This document shows positions 8,719 through 16,386 of a DNA stretch of 49,122 nt, one piece after another. Position 1 is the first letter of the stretch. Every line of letters begins with the position of its first letter. Source of the stretch: a virus (lineage: Duplodnaviria; Caudoviricetes). The notes under the pieces were generated by a model. The model worked only from the letters and a program-made list of their open reading frames with translations, did not search any database and was not told the origin of the DNA. The stretch covers positions 1 through 49,122 of the IMG/VR virus record IMGVR_UViG_3300006224_000002. One strand, written 5' to 3'. The position numbers and the translations under genes were made by a program.

Positions 8719-9765
8719 ATGTCCGTAATGGAATGCTGTGTTAAGAATTGCCAAAACACCATGTCACTACACCAGTATGAAACGACCAAATCACTATACG
8801 GGAAACCGTATTGCATGGAACATGAGAAAGTAGCGAATGATGAAGCAGCAAGGGCTACTGAAAAGTTCACCCCCGAATACCTGCCGCTTGAGATGGTGGG
8901 CCCTCTGGAAAACGAAGGATGGGTAGTGAAGGGTTGGGAAGCGGCAAAGCTCATCAACGGGGATCAGATAAGCATCATGTTCAAGAGCCTGCCGCTTGTG
9001 ATCAAATGCGGGGGTGCGAAATTAGAAAAGACTGATGATGCTGCCATTACCGAAGAGCTGAACAAAGTGTATGCCCTGGTCGGAACGGCGACAAGGAAGA
9101 AGGAACCCGTGAAAGAGAAAAAGAAAGAGATCCCTGCAAAGGAGGAAAAGAAGATGGAAACCGATTATGCAGAAGTTAAGAAGGAACGATCTCCACCGAC
9201 GGAGAGTTCCCTTGTTGTAAGGAATGATGCCACACTGACAACAGATATTATTCTAAAATATATTTGTCCAGATGCCACAGAAGCTGAAGCGTATCAATTT
9301 TTACAGCTTTGTAAATATCGAGATCTCAATCCATTCCTGAAAGAAGCCTATCTTGTCAAATATAAAAATGCGCCTGCTACTATGATCGTGGGCAAAGATG
9401 CTTTTACTCGGAAGGCCGAAGAAAGCGGAAAACTTGATGGGTTCGAGGCTGGAATTATTGTTCAGCCTGACGGGGTTGGGATACCCCCGTGCGACAGGGT
9501 AGGAACGGTTTTGAACGAAGGAGAGAAGTTGCTCGGTGGCTGGTCCAAAGTGTATCGAAAGGATATGACAAAGCCGTTTGAGATTCGTGTCGGATTGAAC
9601 GAATATATTAAAATGGTGGACGGCAGACCACAACGAAATTGGGCGACAATGCCAGCGACCATGATAAGAAAAGTAGCTTTAGTTCAGGCACTTAGAGAGG
9701 CATTCACAAAAGAACTGGGTGGGTGTTATGATGCGGTTGAAGTTGCGCCGGAGGAGGTGAGATAA
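8719..9765 (+). CDS. bet: Single-strand annealing protein (Bet/RecT family) with N-terminal extension
   Basis: CPDATEAEAYQFLQLCKYRDLNPFLKEAYLVKY...MIVGKDAF...WATMPATMIRKVALVQALREAF are typical Red-beta motifs. Confidence 0.88.
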   Translation: MSVMECCVKNCQNTMSLHQYETTKSLYGKPYCMEHEKVANDEAARATEKFTPEYLPLEMVGPLENEGWVVKGWEAAKLINGDQISIMFKSLPLVIKCGGAKLEKTDDAAITEELNKVYALVGTATRKKEPVKEKKKEIPAKEEKKMETDYAEVKKERSPPTESSLVVRNDATLTTDIILKYICPDATEAEAYQFLQLCKYRDLNPFLKEAYLVKYKNAPATMIVGKDAFTRKAEESGKLDGFEAGIIVQPDGVGIPPCDRVGTVLNEGEKLLGGWSKVYRKDMTKPFEIRVGLNEYIKMVDGRPQRNWATMPATMIRKVALVQALREAFTKELGGCYDAVEVAPEEVR

Positions 9766-9766
9766 A

Positions 9767-10051
9767 ATGGTTCAATTATCAGCACAGGAAGATCTGACAG
9801 GTAAAAAGCTGGAATTCGAGAAGGATAGACTGGAATCGTGGAAAGACGTGTTTCGAGGGGCGTATTACCAGATAACCGTATCTGAAGAGGCACACAGCAA
9901 ACTTGACCGGATGCATGAGAAAGGGCAGGAACCGAAGATAAGAACCTGGATAGCAAATCACATGAAGCCGAGAACCGGGTATAATTTACCCGGCGGGCTT
10001 GAAGGCCAGGCATATCAGAATGATTTCGAAATGTTCTGTAAGATTTTGTGA
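9767..10051 (+). CDS. Hypothetical protein
   Basis: GGAGGTGA SD; operonic. Confidence 0.55.
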   Translation: MVQLSAQEDLTGKKLEFEKDRLESWKDVFRGAYYQITVSEEAHSKLDRMHEKGQEPKIRTWIANHMKPRTGYNLPGGLEGQAYQNDFEMFCKIL

Positions 10052-10057
10052 GGTCAT

Positions 10058-10243
10058 ATGGCGCAAGGTGAACTGCTCGATATAATCAAGGCGAATCCGG
10101 GGATAGAACAGGCCGAACTTCCCCGGTTATCTGGCCTGAATCGCGGGACGGTCATACACCAGGTAAAGGCACTTGTTCGCTGGGATAAAATATATCGGGA
10201 ACGGTCAAAAGCTACTTATAAATTATATCCGCGGGGTGGATGA
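10058..10243 (+). CDS. Winged helix-turn-helix protein
   Basis: LLDIIKANPGIEQAEL...GLNRGTVIHQVKALV; GAGGT SD. Confidence 0.75.
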   Translation: MAQGELLDIIKANPGIEQAELPRLSGLNRGTVIHQVKALVRWDKIYRERSKATYKLYPRGG

Positions 10244-10491
10244 TGGGAAAACATTACTGTCCTGCTGAAAAGGGGCGCATCACGAAGGAGAAGCTGGCTT
10301 GTATTACGGATAAATGTGATTTCAAGCTCTGTAAAACCAAACTGGCATTGAAGCTGAGGTAAATGCATGTGCGATAAATGCGGCAAGTGTAAATCAAATA
10401 ACAAGATGCCGAGGGAATCGCCGTGTGTGAGATGTCAGGGAAACGTAGCGATAGACCTGATCGAGATCAAGGACAGATTCGAGGCGAAAGT

Positions 10492-10707
10492 ATGAACCTT
10501 CTGGACATTCGGTTGCAAGACCTGCTATTGGGATTTAGTGGAGTTTTGGCGATATTAATATTGTGTACACTAATCCTTTGGTCGATTGAATGGATAATAA
10601 ATTGGAAATGGTGGAAAAAAGAATATCGTCAGGATTTTAAATATTTTAGATATTTTCTGGAGCATAGAGAAGAGATTAAGAAATATATCGATGAGCGAGG
10701 GAAATAA
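10492..10707 (+). CDS. Small membrane protein
   Basis: One TM segment LLLGFSGVLAILILCTLILWSIEWII; TAATG coupling to the next gene. Confidence 0.5.
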   Translation: MNLLDIRLQDLLLGFSGVLAILILCTLILWSIEWIINWKWWKKEYRQDFKYFRYFLEHREEIKKYIDERGK

Positions 10708-11219
10708 TGCCTATACTCTCGTTCTCTATTCCAGAGCATATCGAATTATTGCTTGATGGCAGGAAGGTGCAGACCACAAGACGACCCCGTAAGAACCCGC
10801 TTAAAGTCGGTGACTTGCTGTATTGCTATTATAAACCAAGGCAAAAAGGGAGTTGCAGAAATTGTATAACTCCCTGTCAGTATAACTATGAAAGACGACA
10901 ACATTTTGGTTATTCTTCGATGCCAACGGCCTTAAAGTCGTGTAATATCTGGAATAATTACTTCGGTGAGGCTGAGATAATCGATATTCAACACCATTAC
11001 AGAACATGGCCTGATAATCATAGAGATTTGGTTAAAGGCGGATACTATGTGCTTTTCGGAGATATGCCTGAGACTACTATGATGCGGTGGGCCGAAGCTG
11101 ACGGCTTTGCGAATCTGCAGGAAGCCCACAAATATTTCACGAAATCGACAAAGAGCAATCAGTGGATGTTCTGGGATTGGGACGTTATCATTTTTGAACC
11201 AAGCTGGGTGAAGAAATGA
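10707..11219 (+). CDS. ASCH-domain protein
   Basis: LSFS...LLDGRKVQTTRR...KVGD...AEADGF matches the ASCH GxKxxTxR signature. Confidence 0.72.
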   Translation: MPILSFSIPEHIELLLDGRKVQTTRRPRKNPLKVGDLLYCYYKPRQKGSCRNCITPCQYNYERRQHFGYSSMPTALKSCNIWNNYFGEAEIIDIQHHYRTWPDNHRDLVKGGYYVLFGDMPETTMMRWAEADGFANLQEAHKYFTKSTKSNQWMFWDWDVIIFEPSWVKK

Positions 11220-11225
11220 TCAAAA

Positions 11226-11331
11226 TACCAGTGGGTAAAAAAGCATCTTGTTCAAGAGGTGCAAGTTATCCCACTGGCATAGGTTTTATATGTCTTGCGG
11301 GATATTATACTTTCTGTTCAAGAGGTGAATG
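11226..11331. promoter_or_regulatory. Nuclease-leader hairpin cassette, copy D
   Basis: Stem CCAGTGGG 11228-11235 / CCCACTGG 11270-11277; A6 at 11237-11242; TGTTCAAGAGGTG at 11249-11261 and 11315-11327; GCATA 11277; GATATTA 11301. Confidence 0.8.
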
Positions 11332-11757
11332 ATGCAGATCTCAGGTCCAAAACCAAATAATTATTTTCATAACAATCCTAAAACAAGAGATTTCATTATA
11401 GCATCAACCAATAAAATTATACGTGGTAAGAAAAGAGCGTTTCCTACAAACAGATCGTGTGAGATTTGCCATTATAAACCTTTAAAGAAACTTGATTACC
11501 ATCACTGGGACGATTCTAAACCAATCAGAGGTCTGTGGGTTTGCGGAGTTTGTCATAAACAAATACATAAATTTGAAAATGGCGAACCTATTAAACAAGG
11601 CAGATTTTCTTGGGAAGCGTGTCTCGATAGATATCTCAAATTGAAAAAGGAAATTGATGCAGGTAAAAATCTCTTGACTAAATCTCGCAGGCAGTTGTTA
11701 TCTCTGCATCAAAAGATTATGGCCAATGCCATTTTTGGGTTGGATGTGGTATTGTGA
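11329..11757 (+). CDS. HNH-like (His-Me finger) endonuclease
   Basis: CEICH...LDYHHWDD...LWVCGVCHKQIH. Confidence 0.65.
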   Translation: MMQISGPKPNNYFHNNPKTRDFIIASTNKIIRGKKRAFPTNRSCEICHYKPLKKLDYHHWDDSKPIRGLWVCGVCHKQIHKFENGEPIKQGRFSWEACLDRYLKLKKEIDAGKNLLTKSRRQLLSLHQKIMANAIFGLDVVL

Positions 11758-11765
11758 TGTTATTT

Positions 11766-12105
11766 TGTTTACATTTATGTTTACAAAAAGTAAACAACTT
11801 TGTTTACACTTATAAAGAAAAAGTGTTTACATTTCTGTTTACATGTAAACACTTTTTACCGACGGGTATCTATCAGATTATGAAAAACAGGGTTTTTATA
11901 ACCGAGGGTAATAAACAGGTGAAGAAACTTGGAATAGTAATTTTATAATAATCGATTACTAATTGTATATATTATAGGAGTTGTATGTTATTATTTGATG
12001 GTGTTATAATAAAAACGGTGAATAAAAACGGTGGGCGACCTGTTTACAAAGGCAGTGTTTACAGTAAACAAATTTGTTTACATTTAGTAAACGGTGGTGT
12101 TTACA
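11766..12105. repeat. Two clusters of TGTTTAC(A) repeats around an AT-rich spacer; candidate replication origin
   Basis: Forward copies at 11766, 11778, 11801, 11824, 11836, 12041, 12056, 12075, 12098; reverse copies at 11790, 11844, 12064, 12087; tandem AATAAAAACGGTG x2 at 12008-12033. Confidence 0.75.
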
Positions 12106-12106
12106 T

Positions 12107-12424
12107 ATGACTGAACGGCAAATGGTGCAAATCCCGAAGGATAGCGAAGTTTACAAATATCTATTCGAATCTGACCACCCAATGCTTGCGAAATGGGAAG
12201 TTCTGGAACAAATAGTCAAACAACTGCCACAGTCAAAACAAGACCGCGCATATAAACAATTCTGTTCATTTGTGGATGAAATGAATATTTTATATCCAGG
12301 TTCATCTGAATGTCTGATGTTGCTGTGGAGGTTCATCTCAAAACGGATAATGAAAGTACCTGACCTGGACGGGAACCATGTTGCACTTGATAATTCATAT
12401 TTTGAGGAGCTGAAAAAGATATGA
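12107..12424 (+). CDS. Hypothetical protein next to the repeat array
   Basis: ATG 12107 after GGTGG; ATGA coupling to the next ORF. Confidence 0.55.
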   Translation: MTERQMVQIPKDSEVYKYLFESDHPMLAKWEVLEQIVKQLPQSKQDRAYKQFCSFVDEMNILYPGSSECLMLLWRFISKRIMKVPDLDGNHVALDNSYFEELKKI

Positions 12425-12615
12425 ACGATACTGTGCGGAAATATCATTCAGGAAAGTTTTGTCCAGTAACAAAAGAAAAGTGCAGAATAGATTGTGTAGC
12501 GTTGCTTGATACTGACTTTTGTAAATTGATAGACGGCAACTTCAGTCTGACAAGACGAATTGAAGAATTAATTGATGATGCTATCACTATAAGGAAGCTG
12601 AGGGACGAAGCATGA
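12421..12615 (+). CDS. Small Cys-rich hypothetical protein
   Basis: KFCPVTKEKCRIDC...C. Confidence 0.5.
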   Translation: MNDTVRKYHSGKFCPVTKEKCRIDCVALLDTDFCKLIDGNFSLTRRIEELIDDAITIRKLRDEA

Positions 12616-12741
12616 AGATAAAAAATCGCACATCGAACCTGCCATTGATGATATGGTATCTTGTTCTCATCATTGTCACTATAATGATGGCGACAATATT
12701 CACGGTGGTGAAATTGTGACCCTAAACGAGTGGAGGCAACA

Positions 12742-13140
12742 ATGAGCGATTTTACAAAGAGTAGAATATCCAAATCCGATTCATGGGCAACGCCGAAAGA
12801 AGTGTATGATGAACTTGATAGAGAGTTTCATTTTAATTTTGATCCGTGCCCTTTAAACGAGCATCCTGAATTTGGAGAGAACGGATTATTGATAGAATGG
12901 GGAACACGGGTATTTATGAACCCACCATATTCACATCCAGAACCCTGGGTCAAACGAGCTTATGAACAATCATTAAAAGGTAAACTCGTTGTCGGGTTGT
13001 TAAGAGGCGACACATCAACAAACTGGTTTCATAACTGGGTTTTGGGAAAAGCTGAGATACGGTTTGTGAGAGGAAGAATATGTTTTAATGATAAACCTGC
13101 GCCGTTCGCATCTATTATAGCAATCTGGGGGAAGCCATGA
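12742..13140 (+). CDS. Phage-type DNA N6-adenine methyltransferase
   Basis: DSWATP...FNFDPC...VFMNPPYS...IRFVRGRICF are phage Dam-family motifs; GGAGG SD. Confidence 0.88.
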   Translation: MSDFTKSRISKSDSWATPKEVYDELDREFHFNFDPCPLNEHPEFGENGLLIEWGTRVFMNPPYSHPEPWVKRAYEQSLKGKLVVGLLRGDTSTNWFHNWVLGKAEIRFVRGRICFNDKPAPFASIIAIWGKP

Positions 13141-13343
13141 CCCAGGACAAACTTCTCGAAATCATCCGGGAACATCCCGGCATTGTCCAGAGCGAGATAA
13201 AAAAGTATCCTGGGATCAAGCCGTATGATGTGTCTGAGATGCTCGGACAACTGAGGCTGAAAGGACTCATTTACAGAGTACCGACAAAGAATCGGAAATC
13301 ATGGTTATTGTATCCAGTTCAAGAAAAGGAGATGAAACCATAG
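13137..13343 (+). CDS. Winged helix-turn-helix protein
   Basis: LLEIIREHPGIVQSEI...LRLKGLIYR...WLLYP; paralogue of 10058. Confidence 0.7.
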   Translation: MTQDKLLEIIREHPGIVQSEIKKYPGIKPYDVSEMLGQLRLKGLIYRVPTKNRKSWLLYPVQEKEMKP

Positions 13344-13521
13344 AGAAATGCCAGGATAACAGCCCGCTCATGGGCGCGTGTTGCACGAACAGATGCCCGC
13401 ATCACAGGACATGCAATATCAAGAGAACTCCGCTGCTTATCAACTGCACGGTGATCAGCAGGAAGAACGCGAATGTGTTTAGTGATGAGTACATCAACGA
13501 CCTTGTGAACAGGTACGTGAT

Positions 13522-13812
13522 ATGCCAGAACTGAGATGTAATTGTGGGAAAGCAATAACCAGAAAGAGGTTTGGAGAATGTAATACGTGTCATCTCGAAA
13601 CGTTGAAGAAAGAAGGCAAAAGATACCTGCCAACGAAGGAATGGGCATTGTATAATTCTAGGAAACTCAAAGCAGAAAGAGGAGAAGAGTACAGAAGGAG
13701 TCCGTGTAAAGTTCTGGAACTGCACCACGAAAAGATGAAAGACGACCCCGAACGACTGACCACAGAGTTCTTGAAGAAACTTATCAAAGTCGAATGCGAT
13801 GAGGTAAAATGA
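13522..13812 (+). CDS. Hypothetical zinc-binding protein
   Basis: CNCGK...CNTCH. Confidence 0.5.
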   Translation: MPELRCNCGKAITRKRFGECNTCHLETLKKEGKRYLPTKEWALYNSRKLKAERGEEYRRSPCKVLELHHEKMKDDPERLTTEFLKKLIKVECDEVK

Positions 13813-14048
13813 CCGGCAGAACGGTGATGATGCCCTGCTTCAACCCGGAATGCGACCAGAACGTCACGATGACGGTTGAGCAGAAACGGGCATTTCTCAT
13901 CACCTGGGCTCTGAAGTACGATGCCACAGTCCTTCCCACATGCTCCCCGGAATGTGCTGAAACGCTCCGGGAATACATCGGCGATAGTTATGAGGAAATA
14001 GCCAGACATGCCAGGGATGCAGTAGAGAAGATGAGGAACGCAAGATGA
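13809..14048 (+). CDS. Hypothetical zinc-binding protein
   Basis: CFNPEC...CSPEC; GAGGT SD, ATGA coupling. Confidence 0.55.
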   Translation: MTGRTVMMPCFNPECDQNVTMTVEQKRAFLITWALKYDATVLPTCSPECAETLREYIGDSYEEIARHARDAVEKMRNAR

Positions 14049-14093
14049 CTTTGTCTTATAATGATGCTTTGATAACCTATTTATGGTAGAATC

Positions 14094-14498
14094 ATGACCG
14101 AAAATAGCCAGAAAAAGGCCGAATTTGTCTGGGACGATGTCAAACTGAAGGCGGCTGAAGGAATAGCGAGAGGAGATAACAGGCAGAGCCTAGCGATTAG
14201 TTTAGGTACGTCAGACAGGACAGTCCGCAGATGGGCAGAACACCAGGAGTTTCAGCGCAAAGTTGACGAGATCGTTCAGGATATAGATATAGCCCAAAAG
14301 TCAGAGCGCATCAAGATCGCAAAGAAAGAAATCAAGAGGGTGCTGAAAAGATTAGAGTTGAATGAGGACAGGCCGGGAAGCAGAGATCTTGTTGCTCTCT
14401 TGCGCTTCGTCGGTGATGAGGTTGGAGATCTCCAGGAACACAAGGTCCTGAAAATAATATGGGATGAAAAAGATGATGACAAAGGAACAGGTAATTAA
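14094..14498 (+). CDS. terS: Terminase small subunit (HTH)
   Basis: N-terminal HTH (QSLAISLGTSDRTVRRW...EF); immediately upstream of and overlapping terL. Confidence 0.72.
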   Translation: MTENSQKKAEFVWDDVKLKAAEGIARGDNRQSLAISLGTSDRTVRRWAEHQEFQRKVDEIVQDIDIAQKSERIKIAKKEIKRVLKRLELNEDRPGSRDLVALLRFVGDEVGDLQEHKVLKIIWDEKDDDKGTGN

Positions 14499-15723
14499 GA
14501 TCCCATATTCGCCTCATCCAGCACAAAAGCAATTTCATAGCTCGAAGGCGCGCTTTCGCATACTTGCAGCAGGGCGCAGGTTCGGGAAATCTCAGGCAGC
14601 GGCAAATGAAGCCATCAAGTTCGCAGTTAAGAAACCGCATTCCGTATCGTGGATAACCGCGCCAGTCTATGCCCAGGCAATGATCTCTTGGCGCATGATA
14701 AAACAGTTCCTCCCATTCGAGCTGATCAAAGAACCACACATCACAGAGAAATATATTGAACTGATCAACGGGTCAACTATCTGGGTCAAGAGCGCAGATA
14801 ATTATGATAACCTGCGCGGAGAGGGTATAGATTTCCTGATCATCGATGAAGCCGCAATGGTAGCGAAAGAGGCGTGGGAGGAAGCCCTGCGGCCCGCACT
14901 CTCAGACAAACAGGGAAAAGCGGTTTTTATCTCGACTCCTAAAGGGCACAACTGGTTTTTCGAACTCTTCACGCGCGGGCAGGATCCACAGTTCACACAA
15001 TATAAAAGCTGGAAGTTCCTGACCGCAGATAACCCATACATATCTTCGCAGGAAATTGAGGAGGCGCGCACTACACTCCCAGAGCTGGTATATCGGCAGG
15101 AATACATGGCCGAGTTCCTGGATGATATCGGTGCAGTGTTCCGGGGAGTTGAGAAATGCATAAAAGGCACGCTATGCGAACCCGTGCAAGGCAAGTCATA
15201 TATTCTCGGAGCCGACCTTGCGAAATATACTGACTTCACCGTTTTATGTGTCATGGATGACACCGGGCATCTTGTAGCATTCAACAGGTTCAATCAAATC
15301 GATTGGGCGTTCCAGAAAGAGAGGATCATTACCCTTGCAAACAAATATAAAGCAAAGATTATAATAGACTCAACCGGAGTGGGTGATCCGATTTTTGAGG
15401 ATCTTAAACGGGCAGGTCTGAACATTGACGGATATAAATTCACTAATGAGAGCAAAAAACAACTTATTGAGGGATTGAGTATAGCGATAGAGCAGCAGAA
15501 AGTATCCTATCCCGATATCCCGGAACTGATCAATGAATTGCGGATATTCGGATATAAGATCAGCAAGACAGGATTGATAACATATTCGGGACCTTCGGGA
15601 TATCACGACGATTGTGTGATTGCTCTTGCATTGGCGGCCTATGGTATCGCAAGGCCGAAACCCGCGCCAGTCTATATCCCCCAATCGATTTCATGGGGTG
15701 CAGGAGGCGGGCTACGAGTATGA
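14464..15723 (+). CDS. terL: Terminase large subunit
   Basis: PHPAQ, Walker A GRRFGKS, Walker B LIIDEAA, ISTPKG, nuclease motifs GADLA, IIDSTGVG and HDDCV. Confidence 0.96.
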   Translation: MKKMMTKEQVIKIPYSPHPAQKQFHSSKARFRILAAGRRFGKSQAAANEAIKFAVKKPHSVSWITAPVYAQAMISWRMIKQFLPFELIKEPHITEKYIELINGSTIWVKSADNYDNLRGEGIDFLIIDEAAMVAKEAWEEALRPALSDKQGKAVFISTPKGHNWFFELFTRGQDPQFTQYKSWKFLTADNPYISSQEIEEARTTLPELVYRQEYMAEFLDDIGAVFRGVEKCIKGTLCEPVQGKSYILGADLAKYTDFTVLCVMDDTGHLVAFNRFNQIDWAFQKERIITLANKYKAKIIIDSTGVGDPIFEDLKRAGLNIDGYKFTNESKKQLIEGLSIAIEQQKVSYPDIPELINELRIFGYKISKTGLITYSGPSGYHDDCVIALALAAYGIARPKPAPVYIPQSISWGAGGGLRV

Positions 15724-16316
15724 AGGTACTGGTAGCATGTGAGTTCTCAGGTATAGTTCGAGAAGCATTCAAAGCAAAAGGACATGATGCTTGGAGCTGT
15801 GATTTGTTGCCTACAGAAATTCCTGGGAATCATTATCAAGGCAATATTTATAATATCTTTTGTAATTGGAATTTAATTGGTGGTGTTCCAGACATTATTA
15901 TTGCACATCCTGTATGTACAAGACGTGCCAATTCTGGAGTTCGTTGGCTTAAATACAACATAGAGAGAATGAAACAGTTGCGAGTTGACGATACAATGTT
16001 CAACGACATTTTAAATCTCAGCGTTTCTAAGATTTGTATTGAGAACCCAATTCCAAATAAGTATAGTAAAATCCCTAAATATACTCAAATCATACAGCCA
16101 TGGCAATTCGGAGAGGATGCAAGCAAGGCAACGTGTTTATGGCTTAAGGGCTTGCCCAGACTCGTTCCTACAAACATAATTAAAAAGAATAGATATTCTA
16201 ATCAAACCCCCTCCGGTCAAAACAATTTACCACCCTCAGCACATCGGGCCAAGGATAGAAGCCGGACATATCAGGGAATTGCAGAAGCTATGGCTGACCA
16301 GTGGGGTACACTGTGA
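15720..16316 (+). CDS. Phage-type putative DNA cytosine methyltransferase
   Basis: MKVLVACEFSG...GHDAWSCDL...AHPVCT...IENP...RSRTYQGIAEAMADQWG; ATGA overlap with terL. Confidence 0.75.
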   Translation: MKVLVACEFSGIVREAFKAKGHDAWSCDLLPTEIPGNHYQGNIYNIFCNWNLIGGVPDIIIAHPVCTRRANSGVRWLKYNIERMKQLRVDDTMFNDILNLSVSKICIENPIPNKYSKIPKYTQIIQPWQFGEDASKATCLWLKGLPRLVPTNIIKKNRYSNQTPSGQNNLPPSAHRAKDRSRTYQGIAEAMADQWGTL

Positions 16317-16346
16317 CACTCTGCCCGGCTAAAGCTCGGGGTCTTT
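16313..16346 (-). mobile_element. Orphan IS200/IS605-type right-end remnant
   Basis: Minus strand reads AAAGACCCCGAGCTTTAGCCGGGCAGAGTGTCAC, which resembles the tnpB right end (CCCG stem, TTTA loop, TGTCAC end). Confidence 0.6.
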
Positions 16347-16347
16347 G

Positions 16348-16361
16348 ACTTTTCTTTATAT
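16348..16361 (+). promoter_or_regulatory. Conserved putative late promoter ACTTTTCTTTATAT (portal)
   Basis: Exact copies at 23025, 26915 and 39913; variants at 14048, 20612, 23627 and 42853; ATG 39 nt from motif start. Confidence 0.78.
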
Positions 16362-16386
16362 CCTGTAAATATACTCAAATATATTC

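Noticed and set aside
11754-11948. 64-aa ORF over the TGTTTAC repeats; also the likeness of TGTTTAC to the eukaryotic forkhead site
   Set aside because: The translation merely reflects the repeats, and nothing else in the window is eukaryotic.
11766-12105. Possible CRISPR array
   Set aside because: Repeats are only 7-8 nt, in both orientations, with irregular spacing; no cas genes.
13764-13783. Partial self-match to the TnpB guide (TTCTTGAAGAAA)
   Set aside because: Only about 12 nt of low-complexity match, and it misses the TAM-proximal start of the guide.
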